DNA of 63,344 bases, counting the filler. It is 11 parts of 11 records of this genome, joined end to end, with 100 filler letters (N's around TTAATTAATTAA, not from the genome) between each part and the next. Parts side by side here need not be neighbours in the genome. Positions count along the whole stretch, not along the records: positions 55,962 to 59,795 come from SRR7504441_4125; positions 59,896 to 63,344 come from SRR7504441_4145; 9 more parts are not named here. The stretch is one strand, 5' to 3'. Each line of letters opens with the position of its first letter. The stretch's first letter is position 1. A model generated the notes under the pieces. That model worked only from the letters and a program-made list of their open reading frames with translations. It was not told the DNA's origin and ran no database searches. Position numbers and translations under genes: made by a program. This document shows, piece after piece, positions 56,692-63,344 of this stretch.

Positions 56692-58560
56692 ATGGCTGAC
56701 CAGGCGTCCAAAGCACTTGCGAGTGGTGAGTCCCGGGGGGTGGCAGGTTGTGCAGCTGGATACGGTCCAGCCTACGATGCAGAGCGTGCGCCCGCCGCTG
56801 GGGTGGTACTCATATTGCGCGCAGGTCCACATCGACGAGCAAACACCCAAGGGCAGCCGGGCGCCCGACCATGTGACCGACGAGCCGATGCACACAGATC
56901 ACAACGTGCTGGCCGACCAGCCAGAGCCCAAATCCACCAGTGCTGACGAGGCCGCGTTCGCTGAGGACGAGGAGGCGGACGGACCCAGGCGGCTCGAGCG
57001 GGCCCGTACGCTGGTGAGGCCGCCCAGCGGCTAGCCGGGCTGACCGGGCGCAGACCGAGAGCGAGGAGTTCGACTACCAGCGGACCATCTCGTTCTGGAG
57101 GCATGGGGCCCGGCTGGCCGGTTGTTGAGCCGTTGGCAGTGCGATCTTCTTCATCGAGGGTTCGGTGCTCTTCACGGTCGGGTCGCTTGCGCTCTACCCG
57201 AGCCTGATGGACCAGATCGAGGCAACGGCGGGCCAGTTTAGAGTGACGGCCTGGGCAGGTGTACAAATGGAAGGCACTGGGGTGGGTGGATTACCCTTTC
57301 ATGATCGGAGCCTGGAACTTCACTGTGGGCAACTACCTCGTGTACTATCTAGTCATAAACTCAGAGCAAGCGCACGCCACCAAATCGGACTCGGGCGAGG
57401 CCGGATGGTTCCAGCGGTACCCGACCGCTCAGGCCCGGCTGAGCTGCGGCAGCTACTGCACGGAGAAGAAGTTTGTGGCTTTTCCGACCCTTGACAGCGG
57501 GCACCTTGGAGCGCTGATGAACCTGATAGGAGCGTTGTTCTACAACGTCAACACCATGCACTCGCTCTACGGGTCCAACGCCAAGACAGAGCAGGCGCGG
57601 CTCGGGCTGGCCGTCTGAGTGCTGGTCAGGACTTTGATTTGTGGTACGTGATGACCGGTTCTGTCGGTTCTGTTTTCTTTGTGCTCGGGGCTGTGTTCGA
57701 GGGCGAGCACAACGACTGGCGCTCCTGCTCCGGCTGGAACCCTTGGCGGGGCAAGAACCAGGCGCTGCCCAAGATCATGTCGGTGCTTAACCTGGTCGGC
57801 GGGCTGCTCTTCTTTGTGGCTTACATAGTCGACTTCAACCACGTGGCATCGGAGAGCAGGCAGATCACCAGATGGGCCGTCGCCACTCCGTTCACTGTAA
57901 TAGCTAACCCGCACTCCCCGCTGACCAGCAGCCAGGTTGGATCTGTCTTCTTCACACTATCGTCTTGGATGTCGCTCTGGATGTGGAAGTCCCAGCAGTT
58001 TGGTCCCGAAGTCTCAGCCTCGGCCGCTCAGCCTGGGGCAGGTCTTGGGTTTGCCCAGCAACTCAGTTATTCGTGGGTGGACCCCAAGTCGCAGGTGGCT
58101 CAGTGAGTGCCAGGTCTGACAGCTGTGCAGGTGGACTGGAAGCAGCAGCTGATGCTGATGGTGTACAGGTTAGAGCTAGCTGGCTATACTATTGAACCCA
58201 TCCTACATTACGCTCTATTGCCTGATGCTGCTGGTGTGCAGCGGCAACATCGTGCTCGAGTGGCTCATCCTCGGGTTCGTATTCGCTTTGTACCACAACT
58301 TTGCCAACGCGCTTGGTAGCAAGTGGCGGGACGCTTGGCTGCAGGAGATTTGGTTCAAGGTGATCGCGTACCACGGAGTCATGTTCTTGGCCTCGGCCAT
58401 CCACACCACCCCGGACCGGCCACCGTACGGCGCCATGCTCTGGACACTCCGGCTGGTCTGCATTTATGGATTCATTTCCGATTCGTACTTGCTCAACCTT
58501 TGGAGCACTCTCAACGACCAAAGCTGCATGATCAACAAGTGTGTGCGGGATTACTCATGA
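56692..58560 (+). CDS. Polytopic membrane protein with YrhK-like repeats, about 12 exons
   Basis: Repeated helices (FFIEGSVLFTVGS, GSVGSVFFVLGA, NLVGGLLFFVA, VGSVFFTLSS); about 11 introns, four with GC donors. Confidence 0.7.
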
Positions 58561-58569
58561 TCAGCAAGG

Positions 58570-58650
58570 GCTCCTATGTACACCCTAACCCTCGCTCCTC
58601 TAGACGGGAATCTAAACCCTCGCTCCTATGTACACCCTAAACCTTAAATA
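58570..58650. repeat. Local direct repeats containing CCCTAA(A) motifs
   Basis: gctcctatgtacaccctaa occurs at 58570 and 58622; aaccctcgctcct occurs twice. Confidence 0.8.
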
Positions 58651-58913
58651 GGAACCTAAATCTGATTTAAATCATGGCCATGGGTCGACCAATTGCCATC
58701 GCTACAATAGAGCTCTCTACATTACAAATCAATAGCTTATATATAGCGTATGCGTACATGATTCACGACGAAATCCGTATAGTCATGAGCTAGCCAGTTG
58801 ATACTTTTATGAACTTAACATGAACTCGCACGATTGACGATTCAAGTACCGTACAATCATGTCAACCTTACGTATCAATTATGTGCAGCTATAAGCTCCG
58901 GTGCCCCTCGCGC

Positions 58914-59795
58914 TCACTGGTTGAGTTTGGCCGCCATCAAACTCTGCATGGTTTGGCCTGGACCAGCACTCAGCCGGCAGGGCGGGCGGGCTGCCTAGCA
59001 AGAAGTCTCGCGAGGTTGTGCCGTCGTCCTGGGTCTCGAGCCTGATAACTGCCTGGTTCATCACGTTGTTGAACCTCTGCTCGTCCTCGGTGCCCTGGAG
59101 CGCGAGCAGCTTCTGCAGGCTGGCCATATCCACCGGGGCTCCGCGATCGAGCAGCAGCTCAGCGAGCTCCGGCCGCTTGAATTGGATTGCCACACCGAGC
59201 AGCGTGCCCTGCTTGAGCACCACCCGGATGCTGCTCCCGGCCTCGAGCAGCGCCAAAAGCAGCTCGCCGTTCCCCTTGAGGCAGGCCAGCCCGGTGGCCG
59301 TGAACCCGAGCGGATTGATCGCGTCCAAGTCGGCCCCTGCTGCTATGGCCGCCCGCACCGCATCCAGATCCCCTTTCTTGGCCGCGGCTAGCAGTTGCTT
59401 GCTCGGCTCGTCCACCGCCGGCTTGAGCTCGGCCGCGCTTTTGTTCTCGCGCATGATCTGCCCCCGCGGCTCGGCCGCCCGCCGCTCGGGCAGCTGCCTG
59501 GAACGGGTCGGTCGTGTCGCTCGCTAGCGCCTCCGGCCGCCGGCAGGTTTTAAGCTTCTCGGTCCAGCTCATTGCCCGCCACTCGTCCACCCCGGCCAGC
59601 TTCTGCCCGGCCGACCGCCGGTCGATCCCCAGAGAGAAGAGCTCCTGCCTGGCGGCCTCCTCCACCCCGGGGCTCAGCTCCTCGGCCGTCGGCTCGGGCT
59701 CGGGCTCGGGCTCGGGTACAAAGTTCTGCCCGGGTGGCTGGCCAGCGGCTGGGGCTGCGGGCCGCCTGGCGCCGCTGCTCAAAGTATTGTTTGTC
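58914..59795 (-). CDS. Ankyrin-repeat protein (5' truncated)
   Basis: LLAAAKKGDLDAVRAAIAAGADLD, GFTATGLAC and GTLLGVAI repeats; EP repeats; probable GC-AG introns at 59458-59497 and 58958-58994. Confidence 0.75.
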
Positions 59796-59895
59796 NNNNN
59801 NNNNNNNNNNNNNNNNNNNNNNNNNNNNNNNNNNNNNNNTTAATTAATTAANNNNNNNNNNNNNNNNNNNNNNNNNNNNNNNNNNNNNNNNNNNN

Positions 59896-60977
59896 CGGAG
59901 CCAGCAGCAGCAGCTGGTGGAGGGGCTCCAGCTCGAGCTCAACCAGCTTAGCCTGGCGGCCCAGGAGCGGCAGAGCTCGTCTAGCCAGCTGCTCGACCAG
60001 CAGCTCGCCCAGCTGCAGGACGAGATCCTTCGGGGCGAGCAGGTCCACGGCCAGCTCCAGGCCCAGATATCCCAGCTGCTCGCCAGCCAGGCCGGACTGG
60101 AGGCCCAGCTGCTGGCCGAGCAGCAGCAGCGGCAGGCCGTCCAAGTTCAGCTCGACTCGGCTGAACTGCGCGAGCAGCTCGAGCAGGAGGAGCTCCGGTC
60201 TATGGCCGCGCAGATTGAGCGGCTCAAGCGGGAGCAGCTCAGCCAGCAGCCGGTGCGCGGCCGGCGCTAGCAGCGGCTCACTGTGTGCTCCAGGGCGGCT
60301 CTGATGCCCAGCAGAGGACGCAGACTGGCCCCATGAAGCCACCTACCGACACGGCCGACGTGGGCCAGGTGGGCAGAGGGCGAGTCCGGCGGCTGAGTGC
60401 GGTGTGAGGTGTTCGAGGCCATGATGCAGGCCGAGCAGCGGATGGAGCTGATGGAGAGCGAGCTGGCTCAGATGCAGCGGCTACCTGCCAGGGTAGAGCA
60501 GCTGCAGGCCGAGCTCAATCTAGCCAACCAGCGCAACACAGAGCTGATGGCCGCCCAACGCGAGCCCGAAGCGGCCCAGATACAAGCGGTGATGCAGGGC
60601 GCCACGGTACCGGCTGGCTGGGCGGCGGGCTGATGGGCGGGCAGGAGCTGAGAGAGCAGCTGGCCGGGGCACAGGCCCAGATGGAGCAGCTCAGAGCCGC
60701 ACGGCAAGCCCAGGACAAGCCAGCGCGGCCAACGGCTCAGCCAGAAGCTAAGCAAGCAGCTGAGCCGGCGGCTGAGCCTGCTGGCGGGCCACTTGGGGTA
60801 GCCAAACGGGATGCTGCGGTGGGTGTGGGGCTAGCGCACAGTGCTGAGCCTCAGGCAGGCAATAAAAGAGCGGCTGAAGGCTGCTCAGCAACAGATGAAC
60901 AAATGGACCAAGATAGGCAAGCAAGCCTGGAACAACTAACTAAGGCTCATCAATGGCTGAACAACCAGTCTAGATGA
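59896..60977 (+). CDS. Gln/Glu/Leu-rich coiled-coil protein, C-terminal part
   Basis: Three heptad-rich ORFs separated by short intron-like stretches. Confidence 0.6.
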
Positions 60978-61362
60978 AATTAAGCAATCACGACAATCAC
61001 CGGGCCACGGAAGCACACCAATGCAAGAATCGAGTCAATTATTTTTAAGTCGGTGATTACTAATTCTTATTAAAAGAACTCAATTCGTTTGAGATCTATG
61101 CATACAACATTCGCGCACAATCGTGTCAAATACATGCATTAATTCATATTTGATCAAAATTCAATTTTAAGTTGAGTACGTGTACTAGTTGGCGTAATTC
61201 GGTTGGTCCGAGTAGGTCTGAGCATCTAAGTAGCTTCTAACTAGACTAAAGGTGATGGCTAAGCATGTGCACAGATTACAAATGAAAGCCTCAATCCCAG
61301 CCTCAAGCAGGCTGCTTTGTATGTGCCTGTTGAAGACACACGCCTTAATGGGTCTGTAGAAG

Positions 61363-61874
61363 CTATGTGCTCGGCTCAGCGGTTGAGTCAGGCTGCTCGC
61401 TGGCAGCCTCACCTTCCTCGTTCTCAGCATCCTCAAAATCCTCATCATCTCCATAGTCATCCTCTAAGGCCTCACCTTCTGACTCTGCTTTAGGTGCGAC
61501 TAGCCCCGCCTCAGGCTCTGCCTGCTCTGCCTCAGGCGCAACCACCACCTCGGGCTCAGGCTGCTCTGCTCCTTCTCCAGCTCAGTTTGGTGCAAGCCAA
61601 TTGCTTCCTCCAGCTTCTCCACCTCCCCGGTGAGCTCGTTCACGTAATTGAACAGGGAGAAGTTTCTGTCCTCGTGATCTATGAAGCTGTCCACCACTAC
61701 ATCGATATCGTCGATCTGAGTCACCTGCTTGATCCGCATAAACATCTCCTCGTAAGTCTCGTTCTGATCCTTCTTTTCCTGAACCTTGGCCTTCTCCGAG
61801 CCAAGCTTCCAAGCGCCGGCGTGCACTTTCTTCTTGAGCGCCTTCTCCTGCTCAATGTCCATATCCCCCCGGAA
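61363..61874 (-). CDS. Short outer-dynein-arm docking complex (ODA1/CCDC114/CCDC63-like) segment with acidic tail
   Basis: YEEMFMRIKQVTQIDDIDVVVDSFIDHEDRNFSLFNYVNEL motif. The 5' exons and the junction to the acidic tail are unresolved. Confidence 0.6.
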
Positions 61875-62467
61875 CTGTTCAGTGGTCCAGCCCCGCTTCG
61901 CCGCTCATGCTGCAGGCTGCGCGCCACCCACCCCGGCCCGAGCTCACACAGACGCTGGCCCAGCGTGCCCAAGAGTGCCTGCCGTCCAAAAGTGGAGCTC
62001 TCCAAACGGAAAGGCGCTCTGTCTGCGGCTCTACCGGTACCGCTCTGCAAGCGATGCGGCGATGTGTGCTGAATGTTATGATTGTGGATCCTTGGACTTG
62101 GATTCTTCGACCGCGGGGACTCGATCATCAGCTGCCATGGAGCGCTGATCATCAGCAGCCATCAATCATCCATAATGGAGCGGCGCGTGACAAGCTGGGC
62201 AGCATGGGCTCCCGGTTCTGTACGGTTCACCTGGTCTGCAACCCGTATTGTCCACCAGCATCGCCAAAGCATCGCCCCGAAGCAGACAGCTTCCGCCCGG
62301 ACACAAGACGGGGACAGCGCGACACGGAACACGTGCTGATCGGTTTGTACACCGTCCACGGCCACTTGTGCTGGCTCAGCATTGGCCCACTGTGATAAAA
62401 CGGCTGATGAGCTCTCCAAGCAGACCAAGCTGCAGGTCCTGTCTGCCACAGCGGCGGTGCGGGAGCA

Positions 62468-63330
62468 ATGTCCAAGTCCAACGACGGTGCGGGGAGGGGC
62501 GCGGGGGCTGGGCCTAGTGCGGGGTGCAGCGCTGAAGCTGAAGCAGGACCTGGCCCTGACGGTGGAGCTGTTCGAGACGGAGGGCTTTGACCGGCCGGAG
62601 CTGATGCACCACTGCGAGCTGCTCGACCAGGCCAGCGAGTACGAGGCGGCCTCCGCTGCCGGCCGGGCCGAGCCAGCCGCAGGGGATGCTCAACTGTGCG
62701 ATCTGCCGGGTCCGGAGCTCGGGGGGCGGCGACAGCCTGGCGGAGGAAGTGCTCCAAAGGGACTTGTTCGCGGTGGCCTGCAAGAAGTACATGACCCACA
62801 AGCTCGGCCAGTGGCGGTGAGAGCCCGGGCTCGGCCGGAACGGACGGGGGGCAGCGTGCTGCGGGACCGGAAGAACGAGCTGGCCACCAACTCACTGGGC
62901 AAGCGGCTGGGTGGGCCGGGGCCTGGGCTGGGCCGAGCCGTTGGCAGAGATGGTGAACGACTACCTGCACCGATTCAACCGAGGGATACTGGACCACCTT
63001 AGCCAGATCATTAAGCTTTTGGACGAGCAACTGATCCCGCAAGCCAACTGTGACGAGAATAAGATATTCTTCTACAAGATGCTCGCCGACTACTACAGGC
63101 ACACGATAGACTTCCAGGAGCAGGACAACCTAGCCCAGTACAACCAGGCGGTCGAGGAGGCCAGGATCAACTACGAGTACGCCTGGACCCTGGCGGAGGA
63201 GGCCAAGCTCCACCCGACCAACCCTATCACGCTCGCACTCGTGCTCAACTTTGCGGTGCAACAGGCCGCCAATGCTTGGGCCAAAGGGGGGCTAACTAAC
63301 TAACTAACTAAGCGCGGCAGACCTTCTTAG
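62468..63330 (+). CDS. Divergent 14-3-3-like protein (3' truncated)
   Basis: Spliced product MSKSNDALKLKQ...LLDQASEYEGM...RDLFAVACKKYMTHKLGQWR...KIFFYKMLADYYRH...LHPTNPITLALVLNFA; GC-AG intron at 62646-62682. Confidence 0.8.
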
Positions 63331-63344
63331 GGGGGGGGGGGGGG

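Noticed and set aside
58570-58650. CCCTAA(A)-containing repeats as an interstitial telomere
   Set aside because: Only isolated motifs inside a local duplication, with no tandem telomeric array.
5031-59895. Regularly recurring TTAATTAATTAA flanked by Ns as a repeat, CRISPR array or element end
   Set aside because: It is an identical synthetic 100-nt linker with six-frame stops, an assembly concatenation artefact.
86-63330. Alternative genetic code or programmed frameshifting to explain broken ORFs
   Set aside because: TAA, TAG and TGA all end well-conserved genes, and nearly all breaks resolve as short introns.
63330-63344. Terminal TTAGGG plus G run as a telomere
   Set aside because: A single unit followed by poly-G at the window edge inside a gene; more likely a sequencing tail or low-complexity intron.

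Overview
This is eukaryotic nuclear DNA, not prokaryotic. The window is 11 unrelated contigs joined by artificial 100-nt linkers (N44-TTAATTAATTAA-N44), so gene order across linkers means nothing. The organism is a gene-dense, GC-rich flagellated protist (IFT25 and an outer-dynein-arm docking-complex-like gene are present); its lineage cannot be fixed from this window. About 39 genes or gene fragments can be reconstructed by hand once very short introns (mostly 35-47 nt) are removed, and most of the supplied ORF track is shadow frames or intron-broken exons. The strongest genome-level signals are: (1) an unusual splicing regime with tiny uniform introns, G-rich 3' ends lacking a polypyrimidine tract, degenerate branch points, and about 14 GC-AG introns, four of them in one gene; (2) near-strict strand alternation, with head-to-head ATGs only 29-116 bp apart. 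Notable genes include an AT-less type I PKS module, a doubled JMJD6 with a dead second site, a UHMK1/KIS-like kinase, a CYP + bacterial-type lipase + permuted NlpC/P60 trio, a UBA-capped LYAR-like protein, a degenerate 14-3-3, and a START protein with a duplicated SH3-like N-terminal domain. All gene models and family assignments come from manual reading and recalled motifs; no database searches were run.
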